Shown piece after piece: positions 1 through 10,303 of a stretch of DNA of 42,378 nucleotides. The stretch covers positions 1 to 42,378 of the forward strand of contig NIVC01004547.1 of NCBI GenBank assembly GCA_002269645.1, given 5' to 3'. Origin of the DNA: Macrostomum lignano (Eukaryota). Under the pieces are notes generated by a model. The model saw nothing but the letters and a program-made list of their open reading frames with translations, did no database searches and was not told the DNA's origin. Position 1 is the first letter of the stretch. The number at the start of each line of letters is the position of its first letter. The position numbers and the translations under genes were made by a program.

Positions 1-911
1 TGGGTCTGATTCAAAGTCTAACCAACTGCGGATGATGGGTTACGCTAAAGACGCTGGGGTCAAATGGCTGCGGTTGGAAATCCTGGCTTTTAACTCGCAA
101 GGCGATGGCTGCCGGTTCTCGAACATTTCATCTGTATGGCCCTCTTAGTCTCGACTTTTTTGTCACCAACGATCGTATGCTGCTGCCCTACACTGATATG
201 GTGGTTACGCTCACTCTGCAAAATTCGGGATTCGTTGTGGAGAATTCACGCCGAAGGGGTTGATGCAAAGTTGGTTCTTCAAAGTGCAAAATTACACGTT
301 CGTCGGGTAAAGGCTAACCCCCAACTGGCCTTGGAGATTGAAGAACAGCTGTCAACTCAGAATGCAGTCTACCCATCGAGCGCCTCGTTGTACACAACAC
401 CTCTGTCGCTGTAGGAGTTCGCGACGTGTCAATCAATAATATTTTCCCGGAGCAGAAGCCTAAACTTGTCATTATGGGAATGGTCAATAGTGCCGCATAT
501 AACCGGGTGGCCACCCATAATCCGTTCAATTTCGAGCCATTTGGGGCGGACAGTGTGGCCCTGTACAAGGACGGTGTCAGTCTGTGCGGTCAACCATTCA
601 CTCCAAGGTTCGCTGCCCAAAACTATGCTCGCGAATACGCCATGCTGTTTAAGAGCCTAGGAAAATGAATCGCGATTTGGACATTGACCTGTCATATTCG
701 GATTATCGCGCCGGTTACTGCTTATTTGCGTGGAATCTAATGCCCGACATGGAACTGGGTGGACATAGCATGCCTCGCGAGAGAGGGAACCTGACCCTAC
801 AATAAAGTTTTCTGCAGCCTACCTGCGGGATTAACGTTTTGGTGTTTGGTTACTTTGACAACGCGCGTGAAAATTACTAGAGGCCGCCAGCCCATTCTGG
901 ACTACGTATGA
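1..911 (+). CDS. Polinton major capsid protein (hexon-like), C-terminal part; frameshifted as given
   Basis: Joining frames gives ...GSRTFHLYGPLSLDFF...DRMLLPYTDMVVTL...KLVLQSAKLHVRRVKANPQLALEIEEQLSTQNAVYPIERLVV...SINNIFPEQKPKLVIMGMVNSAAY...NPFNFEPF...GYCLFAWNLMPD...GNLTLQ...GINVLVFGYFDN...RQPILDYV*. This follows the typical Polinton MCP motif order. Stop TGA at 909-911. Confidence 0.85.
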
Positions 912-1342
912 ACACGTTGGAAATTTTGGAACGTTTAAAACTACCTGTGGAAGTGCGCGTTTGCCCTCTTGACAGAATTCCTGCACCTGTTTACCCTGCT
1001 GCATACGTAATTAATTTTGACACGGGTAATCTGCCAGGCACCCACTGGGGACTGATTTGCCTACACGATGATAAGAGTGTGACATTTTTTGACCCCCTGT
1101 GTATTGAACCCGTGCCGGAATTGCTCTCGGCTTGGTTCTCGAAGCATGTACATTCACCTGCTGCTATGAATCGCCACCCTGTTCAACACCCTCTAAGTGT
1201 AGCGTGTGGGCTGCACGTGATTTTTGTGGCCGAAAAGCACTTTTTAGAGGGATTGTCGATTGAAAAGATTTTAAGGGAATGTTACTCTACAATCTGCTTA
1301 AATGATTTGATGGTTCGAAAACATGTTCTACAAATAAAATAG
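908..1342 (+). CDS. Adenain-like cysteine protease (virion maturation protease), 144 aa, intact ORF
   Basis: Motifs YVINFD-x5-GTHW, FFDP and VQHPLSVACG supply the His/Asp/Gln/Cys catalytic set of adenovirus/Polinton proteases. Confidence 0.92.
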   Translation: MNTLEILERLKLPVEVRVCPLDRIPAPVYPAAYVINFDTGNLPGTHWGLICLHDDKSVTFFDPLCIEPVPELLSAWFSKHVHSPAAMNRHPVQHPLSVACGLHVIFVAEKHFLEGLSIEKILRECYSTICLNDLMVRKHVLQIK

Positions 1343-1376
1343 TTTTTAATATTTGGAGTGTCAACTCGCCCTGAAA

Positions 1377-2005
1377 ATGTACCAAACAATTGATCCTGAC
1401 GCTCTAAAGTTTGCTCCAAATACTTCGGCGATTTTTGCTGGTGTTAACCAGAGCGGAAAAACAACTCTTGTTAAAGAATTGCTGCGAAACGAGTTTTTTC
1501 AGGACCCTAAGCCTGTTCGCGTTGATTGGTTTGGGCACTATCCAGACCCGGAACTGTTTGAATTACCGTACCCTGTCAATTTTCCTCGTCTACATTTAAC
1601 CCTGAAACCTATGTTCCCGCTCCGAATATTCTACTCGTTGTCGATGATCAAATGCAAGCCATGGAAAAAAAACGCTGCTTTTACCGCATTTTTCACTCGC
1701 AAAGTCAGCCATGTGGGATTCCGGCTTTGGTACCTTGTGCAAAACCTGTTTGCCAAGGGCAAGGAGCACCGCACTCAATCCCTTAACGCAAACTACCTTG
1801 TATTGTTCCGCAATGTACGGACGTTAGTACAGTCGCCCATATTGCAAAGCAGCTTGTCCCCGCTAACCCAAAAAGTTTTGTTCAAATGTACGAAGACGCC
1901 ACTAGGGAGCCCTACTCCTACCTGATTGTTAATTGCTTGCAGAACGCATCTGTTCGCTACTATGCTAATGTGTTGGGGCGCTACCCCGTAGTTTATGCTA
2001 AATAA
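1377..2005 (+). CDS. Polinton DNA-packaging ATPase (A32/FtsK-like); frameshifted as given
   Basis: ATG at 1377. Walker A GVNQSGKT. Walker B NILLVVDD lies in a second frame. Then FTRKVSH, YLVQNLF...RTQSLNANYLVLFRN, and the tail DVSTVAHIAKQL...MYEDATREPYSYLIVN...YPVVYAK* (TAA 2003-2005) in another frame. Confidence 0.9.
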
Positions 2006-2189
2006 AACACTGTTGGAGAGCTTTGCTCTGTTTGCCGGATGGCCTGAACCTGAAACAACTGAATTACGTGTTTTTTCTTTTCAATTCCTCTGCAGCCTGG
2101 GGGCTCTCTATCACTCACCGCCGGTCTGTCCCTCTACCACCCCGGCCTGGGGGAGCTCGCTGTCCCTCCGTGTGATTCACTGCCTCTCT

Positions 2190-2810
2190 GTCCCGCGCCT
2201 CCTGCCTGAGCTGCTCTCTCCGCGGGGTGTGTGACTCACACTCCCTCTTTGTCCACGCCGCGTGCTGCGACATGCAGGGCGGCTTCCTCTATCCCTTACT
2301 GCCTCCACGCACTCTCTGTCCCAGCACCCCGTGTCTCTCTGTACCCCTCACCCACCTCATACTGCTACAGGGGGCCGTCTGTTATCTGTCCCCTGCTACA
2401 GAGGGATGGCGGCTCTCCACGCACTCTCTGTCCCTCTCCTGATACAGGGGGCCGCCTGTTATCTGTCCCCAGCTACAGGGGATGGCCTCTCCGCGCACTA
2501 CCCCTCCTGCTACAGGGGCTGCTCTCTGTCCCCAGCTACAGGGCTGCATGCTCACTGTACAGGGCTGCGTCAGCATCGGGGGTTTCCTTCCTACACTAAC
2601 CGCGTGCACACAACATTGGTGGGAGGGGCGGGAATCCCCCCGCCGGATGTACACCCCGAGGGAGGCCCATGCGCTGAAGGTACACTCGCTGGACGCCCAG
2701 CCGGCCGGATGTACACTCGCGGGAGGCCCACCCCGCTGGAGGTACACTCGCTGGACGCCACCCCGCTGGAGGTACACCCCGGGGGAGGCGGTACACCCGA
2801 GGGAGCACCT
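2190..2810. repeat. Degenerate GC-rich repeat region (CTCTCTGTCCC...TACAGGGG and GGAGGTACACTCGCTGGACGCC-type units)
   Basis: Recurrent imperfect motifs are visible by eye; boundaries approximate. Confidence 0.45.
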
Positions 2811-3599
2811 TGCCGCGGTGCTAGAGGCCGACATCAGCCCGACGGACCTTCGCAAAATCAACGGATCTGCCAGTCCGTAGTAGTGGCGTCGTCTTCTAGA
2901 ACTAATGGAATCGGAGTCGTGTGCTCCTATCGGTTAATCTAGGATAACCAAAATCAATAACTCGATAATCCTCTAAGGGTATCGGAATCGGTCCGCAGAT
3001 CCTATCCAATCTCTTAGGAAAAGGGAGGCCTCAAACTCAATAGACTCAGTAAAAATCAACTGAACAGTAACGGCCGGCAATAAAATTGCTCTCAATAATC
3101 AAAATAACGAAGACTCAATCAAAGCTTACCAATTGGTATTTAATCTCTTCCTCAGAGATATAGCCTCGTTTGGCTGCTCTTGCAAAGCCCAAGATCTTTG
3201 GAGGCTGTTCCGAGTCTGAGATTTCAGCTCGAATTTTGCTTTTGTATTTATACACAATTTGTCTGCCTTGATTCGACCTTGAGCTCAGAACCGATTTTTT
3301 GATGAGTTCACGAAGGGAATATTATTATTTGACGGTGGGGTTTTTGAATAGAAAAGGGTGAGACTTTGGTCACATTCAGGTTAACATTTACCGTATTTGG
3401 AAGTTCTAAAAATAGATGTCGAGAACCGGTTTTTCGGACAATAGCATAGTCACTCGCTGTTTGCATGATATTACTGGTGTTACTAAAAATAGAGTATGAC
3501 GCATAGCTATTTTTAAATTTGTGTTCATAATTTTATCTTACTACTTCTAGTAGGCTACCATGTTTGGAGATCTCTACAAGGGTGGTCCGCCGGTCCGTC

Positions 3600-4914
3600 T
3601 TGCAGCGTGATCTTCCGTGGGGAAGAAAGTGGCTCGTCTTGTCGCCCGAAAGAACTGGATGAGCCGTGGGATGCTGTCGGGTTGGCAGACCTCGTCAGTG
3701 GACGGGTTCGGCCCGAGGTAGCGTAGCCGGTCTCTGGTAAAGAAAGGGCAGTGACAAACAAAGTGCTGAGCAAGCAGTGCCTGGCGAGGTAGCCATGGCC
3801 AGTAAAGGTCATGACAAGGGCTCGAATATCCTTCTGATTTTGGTTCAGAAGGACGTTTCTGAGCCTACGAGAGAGACACGGAACCACGGCACGAGATTGA
3901 TGACTGTCGAAGGCATAGGGACCAAGGGGGCAGGGCCAAAGAAAGAGCCAGAGCCGCCCCTCTTGGCGAGGGTCCCCGGAAAGCCTGCGTGCCCTGGGAT
4001 CCACTTCAGCCTGACAGTATTGCTACTGGCAGGAGGTTGAGCTGCCGGACGCAGTCGGCGACGGCCGGGAGTTCGTGTGGTGTGGCAAAGGGCCTGTAAG
4101 GCCGCTTGGCTTTCAGAGTGGATGACAAGTCTCTCCTCTCGTACCCTTGGCGTTCAGCTCTGCAGCGCAGGAGCTGATGGCAAGGACTTCGTTCTCGAAG
4201 ACTGTGGAGAGTCTACCAGTGTGCTGGGCATGCGTAAAAATGACGCGGCCGTTGATGATGATGCAGACCCCAAAGCCGGCGTGGCCGTCTTTGATGGATC
4301 CATCCGTGTAGCAATGGACCTCCTGGAAGTTCCAGTGGTCAGTGGCAGCATCCTTGAGGGGATGGTGACCTTGTAGCGCTGAAAGAGGTTGAGAGTGCGG
4401 CGTTCGCCGTCAGATAAGACGTGGAGCCCGCTCGCTGTCTCTCAAGTCTTTGAGGCAGAGGTCGGCGAGAGGCAGGAGCTTGCGCTTAGCCATGGCCCTT
4501 TGGGGCTGGATTCGAATGCCAGCGTCAATTAGACGGCGGGTAGTCTTAGCCGCTTCCCTGCGGACGAAGATGTCCAGCGGGGGAATGTTGAGGAAAGCGT
4601 TGTGGCCATCTTAGGGAGCAGACGGGGGGCGCTCATGATCATGCGGCATGCGCGCCCATGCGTTCTCCTGAGAGCCTCTAGACAGGTCTTTATCTGCAGG
4701 GCGCTAGCCCAGATCAGGCCGCCATACTAGATAGCGGGCCTAACCATTGCAGTGTAGATTCACCAGAGGCGCTTGGGGGTGAGCCCCCAGGTGGTGCCGA
4801 CAGCCCTGCGCAGTTGCGCGAGGACTACGAGGGCCTTTTTGGCTTTTGTTTGAACGTGGGGTGACCAGTTCAGCCTGTGCTCCAGGGTAATACCTAGACA
4901 TTTAGTCTGCTTGC
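3600..4914 (-). pseudogene. Retrotransposon ORF2, C-terminal part: RT thumb/connection plus RNase H
   Basis: KQTKCLGITLEHRLNWSPHV...RRAVGTTWGLTPKRLW*IYTAMVRPAI*YG, then the RNase H motifs HCYTDGS, TVFENEVLAI, IHSESQAAL, KWIPGHAG and TFTGHG. Stops at 4760-4762 and 4727-4729. Confidence 0.88.
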
Positions 4915-6711
4915 TTTAATGTGAGCATCTTACGTAAATTACCTTTAATTGTCATTAATTATTAATTAATGTTTTCGTTCTATTTTTGGATTTGTTTTCA
5001 TGGTGCTTTTTGTTAGTTAGAGTTTATTATTGCGAAACAACTAGACGCGTTCCAAAACCAGTTAAATCAGCCGAGGGCCGACAACCTGGTAGGAGCTTTC
5101 GGGTTTCCATTTTTCGGGTTCGGGGTAGAATCCGAACCCAAAGCTCTAACCCCGAACCCGGACCCAAAACCCGACCCAACCCGACCCCGAAATTCTACCC
5201 GAAAAAAACATCAATACTCAATCAGAATCAAAATAGTTGCACTATTTTTCGTATTCTCAACATTATTATTCGTATTAGTTGAGTCATGCTGACTGTCAAA
5301 AATTCAACTAAATTTTAGAAAATCACATTAATATAGTCCATTTTTCATTTTAACCAGAGACATGCTCAGAATTTGGAATCAGCAGATTCGTAAATAGAGG
5401 CACTGCGAACTATTAAGATTCTGTCAATAAATTATTTAATAATATGATTGCATAATAATAATATTAGTCAAGACATTCCTCAGCTCAGTATAATGCAAGC
5501 AATGCAAATGCACCAATATGGTCTTCTTTTGCTTGGAGAAGGCTATAATATTATATAAATTCATTTTTTTTCTAAACGAATTCTTGACGAAGCCTTAATT
5601 TATCATTTGTGTAAATTGTTGCGCATTATAAGGTAAGGTAGCATACTGGAATGATATTTAAGACGATTTAAAAAATTAAATATATGCGAAAAAACCTAGA
5701 AACACTCAGTTTACGCTTAATTTCGTTTCAACTCGTAAAAAATATAAAAAACCCGAAAACCCCGAACCCGGTACCAAAACCCGAACAACCGAAACCCGAA
5801 CCCGAATACACTACCCCGAACCCGACCTGAACGCCTACCCCGAACACCGAACCCGGTGTCAAAACCCGACTCTACCCGGCCTGAGAGCGCGCCGTGGGTT
5901 CAGTGCAATTTGGATATCGAGCGGTCAGCCAGACAGACATCCCGGTTCTTCTCCTTTTCGTCTGGTTGATCGTTTTCGTCTCCCGGCCGTTTTGCCATCT
6001 GCCGTGCTTTGAGGCGCTTTTATCGAGTCGAGCCCCGGCCCATATCTTGTTCCGCTGCCCGACCGCAGTAGCCTTGCCGGCGTAACAATCGCGACAACCA
6101 TGTTCAGAGTTTGTCGTCGGCAAGCGCGATATAGGTAGGAACTGTCGGTTTGACATAGTACGCGACCTCGATCCCGAGGGCCCCAGTGTTTCAATGAAAG
6201 GCATATCTGGTAGGATTTGGCGAGGGATTCGCTGAACCGTCAGGCCGTCAGTGTCCTCTTCTGAGAGTAGGACCTTGGGATTAGGCCAGGGGTGTGTAGG
6301 GAGCTTTTCCGTTGGTCCTGTGTTCTGGTTTCGCCTTTTCACTTCTTCCAGCATTGAGATCCACTCGCCGGAGTGCGTTGTTAATTTCATTTGTCAAGTG
6401 TTCAATTGCAAATTGCGTTATCTAATCTGTGTTAAAATTTGGAGTCAATCAAATATTAAGAATTCAAGTCTCAGTCAGTCTTTATGTCAGATTAGGATCA
6501 TCAATCTAAATCCATCTGGAATTGCTTTCTACCGCGTAATTCATTTACTTGTACCGTATCTGCGACTATTAGAGAAAGCTTGGTAGGACTCACCTACCCG
6601 CGATAGGCAATAGGAATTAATAGTTTTAAAATCTCCAATCGCTCCAGTAGGTTTGTCTAGGGCCTAAACTACGGCTCGTATTTGCCGTATCGCAATGTAT
6701 CCAATATTCCA
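4915..6711. other. 1.8-kb insertion splitting the RT coding sequence, flanked by a TTGC duplication
   Basis: Removing 4915-6715 rejoins minus-strand GREIPFC|KQTKCLGITLE in frame. TTGC is present at 4911-4914 and 6712-6715. Confidence 0.8.
5100..5883. repeat. Two clusters of AACCCG/CTACCCCGAACCCG motifs around an AT-rich core; probable non-autonomous DNA transposon relic
   Basis: Clusters at about 5100-5195 (both orientations) and 5750-5883, the latter ending ...TACCCGGCCTG. They resemble subterminal transposase-binding repeats; a matching left TIR was not found. Confidence 0.4.
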
Positions 6712-8480
6712 TTGCAGAAGGGGATTTCCCTTCCGTAAAGCGTGAGCGGCCGAATCTGCCACTTGGTCCTGCTGGTGAACATGATCGCTGCGGTCTTAGT
6801 CTCAGAGAGCCTTAAACCACAGCGGTCCGCCCATTGCTCAGCGGCGTAGATGAAGTTCTGAAGAAGGTCCCTGAGGGTATCAGGGGACGGACCAGATGCC
6901 ACCGCGGTGACATCGTCCGCATATCCAACTTTCAGAATGGGGTCAGGCCGAACATCCCGGAGGAGCTCATCGATGACCATATTCCAGAGAACTGGAGACA
7001 GCACCATACCTTGCGGGCTACCTTTGCAGACGATGACCGTCCTCTGGTAGTCCAGCAGACTGGCGGTGGCCGTGCGATGGCTGATCATGTACATGATCCA
7101 TCTGGTGAGATGTGAGTGCGTTTGCCTCTCACAAAGAGCTCTTCGGAACGCCTCGAAGAGGATGTTATCGAAGGCGCCAATGATGTCCAGGAAGATCCCC
7201 AGAGCGAAGCCGCAACCAAGCACGGCCTTCTCAAGTTATCGACCAGGACGTACAGCGCGATTTCAGTGGAGCGACCCGCCCGAAAGACGTGCTGGTTCTC
7301 GCTGGAAGGCTTGTTCTTCAGCTCTACGGAGAGAAGGCGCCACAGCACCAGTCTCTCCATCAGCTTGACCAGGGAGGAGGTCAGGCTGATCGGTCTGAAG
7401 GATTTGATAGAATGGCAGTCCGGGCGGCCTGGCTTAGGGATAAAAATCACCTTTGCCTCGGTCCATGCCTGCGGAACATAACGAAGCGTGATGCACGCCC
7501 GAAAAAGGCTGCAAAGTTTACGCAGGAAGCCTGGGCATTTAACCGCCTCTCTTAGAATGGCAGGTACGATGCCGTCGGACCCTGGGGCTTTGAAAGGTTT
7601 GAAGGAGTTAGCCACTCTCACGATGCGGTCCGTGATGATAGAGGCAGCCAGCGCGTGACCTCCCTCCGAGTGATCCGGAGTGGTCGGGCTAGCTGGCTCG
7701 TTGGGGAAAAACGCAGTGAGCATTTCATCAAGCGTTTCCCCTGGGTTGTCCGTGGACGTACCGTTGGTGCGTTTGACTGAGGAAAGCTTAGAAATTTTGT
7801 CCAGCGTAAGCGCTTTCGCAATTCTGGAGGTGGGGCGTGAGCCCTCTAGCTCCTCGCAGTATTGTCGCCATTTTTGAGCCTTTGCATTCCTAACCTGCCT
7901 TTTTCAACTCATGGATTGCTTCATGATAGGCGGTTTGGTCCGCTGGGCTCTTAGTTTTAGTTGCTCTGCGGTGGAGTCTCTTAGCTCTGCGACGGAGGCC
8001 AGATTAATGCCGGTGCTGCCCCAGTGAGTATGGTGGGCGTTGATGTCGCCGGCAACCATAAGCTCGTAGTTTTTGGCACAGCAGAGCTCCACCAGCGTAG
8101 CGAGGGCTCTGGGGACGACCGCAGAATCGCCTGTTAGGTAGACCGAGGCTATGAGGGTGGTCTTCCCAGGAAGGAGGTCCTCAGATTGGATGACGCAGAT
8201 GTCCCTGTTAGACAGGTCCGATCTGAGCCACGCACTGAACATGTTGACCGAAAAGATGCAAGCTCTGGGAGGCTGGTTGGCCTCGCGAAGGTATGTATAA
8301 AAACAGTTGTAGCTGGCAGGGGCGTTTTGAGGCTTACCTCTAAGAGTCCAGGGTTCCTGGACGAAGATGAGCCCTGGCGTGTCGAGCCCGGCGTGACGCA
8401 TAAGGTTGACCGAGGCTGCAACGCAGTGTTGCAGATTAATCTGCTAGCAATGGATTCCCTGGCTGCTGATCATTATCATG
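6712..8480 (-). pseudogene. Retrotransposon ORF2, N-terminal part: AP endonuclease (truncated) and reverse transcriptase
   Basis: APE motifs QINLQH, FVQEPW, ASVYL, AGDINAHHTHWGS. RT motifs KAPGSDGI, RPISLTS, QHVFRAGRST, FLDIIGAFD, GSPQGMVLSPVLWN and YADD. Confidence 0.93.
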
Positions 8481-8677
8481 CAGTTGGGGAATCGGTGAGC
8501 AGGTCATCCTCCTCCTTTTCAGGGGTGGTTGGCCCTCAGATCTCCATGGGAGTTTCAGCGTCCTCGGCAGTTAGGGTGGCTGCGGAGTCCTCCGCGGGTA
8601 TGAGCCCAGCATGGACGTTACCGTCGCCTCCCCTACGTGCTTCGGTGCTTCACTGCCCGTCCCCTCTGCCTCGTCGG

Positions 8678-9773
8678 TCAGGTCGATGCGGGTGGTGCCA
8701 GCCTCCTGGTGAGTCGCAGACTCGAACAGTCGGTCGGCGCCTTCCCGCCGACAGCCCGGCCTTCTGGCTGTTGGGGTGGAGCACGAGAAGCGCGGGCCTG
8801 GATCAGACCGGACCTCCGGGTGCTCCTGGCGGGTCTGCGATTGCGATATCCGGTTTTAGCAGCGCGAACTGCCTTACTGGGCTTGGGGTCGGCCGTTTGC
8901 CTCAGCTTCTTTGCCGGAAGAGCCTGGGCCCCAGTTCCGGTTTCGGAAACCTCGGCATGCTTGGCTTCATCAGCTTTCCGCTCCTTGCAACGGAGGATGG
9001 TCAGCTGAGTCAGACGAAGGTGGATTGTGGACTTAGGCGGCAGGCGCTTAGCCCAGTCGTCGGAGAGCCCAAGAATCACCGTGGCCCCCTTCTCCTTGCG
9101 GGAAGTGGCGTGGTGTAGTATCCCATTGACCTCAAGGCCAGGATGCAGCTTTAGCAGGATTTGCCTAAGCTGATCCCCGGACTTAATGGCACTGCCGGCC
9201 GGGATCCAGACGCAAAAGCGCTGGGTCTTTTGTCGCTCGCCCTCGCTGGCGAAGACAAGCTTGCCGAGCTTCTTGAGCCTGTTCAACTTTGGCAGAAGCT
9301 CGCGTAGACTGCGGCTGCTCTCCTCCGAGTTGCACCAGATGAAGATGCAGCCGTCGGTCTTGGTAGATTTGACCACGCTCACGGGCGTAGTTGGTGGCGG
9401 CGGTTCCCGAAGGCCCGGCCGCGCTGGTAGCAGGTTTACTGGGTGGCTCATCAGCGGGGGTTGTATCCTGGGGGCAGGGGTTGCTGTGGCTCCTTTCGGC
9501 CCAACGGCAGCCTCGCCCTCCCTAGGTTCCCCCTCCGCCGGTGGCCGGCCCGCAGTATCCCGCAGTCGCCGTCGCCGCTCGTTGCGGCGTTGGTTGCGGG
9601 CACGTCGGGCCTCTGCTGAGGGCCCGGGTGCGCGTGCGGGCATGTCACCGGCCGAGCCGGTGGCAAGCCCATCTGCCCCCGGTGGGGCGGCGCTGGTGCT
9701 AGAGTCACCGGCCGGAGTTGCCGGGGCCCCGGCTTCAGCGGGAGTTTTATGTTTTAGAGGCGGAGAACGCCAT
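8678..9773 (-). CDS. Retrotransposon ORF1 (nucleic-acid chaperone; basic N-terminus; LOA-type ORF1 domain suspected)
   Basis: Long open frame directly upstream of ORF2, with an Arg-rich RRARNQRRNERRRR segment. RFCVWIP...LRQILLKLHPGL resembles the DUF4780-type ORF1 of LOA elements (from memory). The likely ATG at 9773 needs a 1-base correction in an A4 run. Confidence 0.7.
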
Positions 9774-10303
9774 AGCTGAAAGCGGGAAGGAGTGAGCTGA
9801 GTCACAAAGGAAAGAGGAAAGAAGAAAAAGGAAAAGGAAGGACCGCTAGCGACCGGACAACCCCCCGGCCTTCCAGCCCATCGGCACAGTCAAACACCTT
9901 AGGCACGTTAAGCAGTACCACGGCCTGCAGGCTGGCGAGCCAGACCCGCATACCCAAGTTCGGCCGAAGCCACTCGATGCGTCGCCAGCGTCGGAGCCCA
10001 GTCAGTCCAGCAGCCCCAGGGTCTGCCTTGAACACACGCGGGGACGAGTACCCCTGGGTCCTGGGTACCCCTACTACTTGCGAGACAGCGTGGGGGAGGG
10101 TCTGCGGCTGCCAGCGGCAAATTGAGGGTGCAGACCTCCCACCAGCCTTAACCTGCGGATAGATAGGGGATAGGGGCAGGCGTGAAGCGTCGCAGACCAT
10201 AGCCCATAGGCCTGGTCTGTCTCATATTTCACAGGCGTGCTGAATACACCTTCGCATGCAATATATCCGCTACATTTACTTTAGTAATGGCGATACGCGA
10301 GAT

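Larger units (their letters stand above)
1..2005 (+). mobile_element. Polinton/Maverick (adintovirus-like) endogenous virus, partial: MCP-protease-ATPase module; the element continues beyond the left window edge
   Basis: Three co-oriented, tightly packed genes with the hallmarks of the Polinton morphogenetic module (double jelly-roll MCP, adenain protease, A32/FtsK-like ATPase). pPolB, integrase and TIRs are not identifiable in the window. Confidence 0.9.
3560..10240 (-). mobile_element. Non-LTR retrotransposon with RNase H (I-group, LOA/R1-like), near full-length, decayed and interrupted
   Basis: Minus-strand order ORF1 - APE - RT - thumb - RNase H. It carries nonsense codons, frameshifts and an internal deletion after the APE N-terminal half. 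Both ends are approximate. Confidence 0.88.

Noticed and set aside
2879-3545. AGTAGT...ACTACT as the ends of a mini-Polinton
   Set aside because: The inverted match does not extend beyond 6 bp and there is no TSD.
9960-10200. Canonical HDV-like ribozyme at the retrotransposon 5' end
   Set aside because: L3-like motifs (TCCCCGCG, TTCACGC) lack a pairing P3, P1 and P2 in manual folding; kept only as a generic structured leader.
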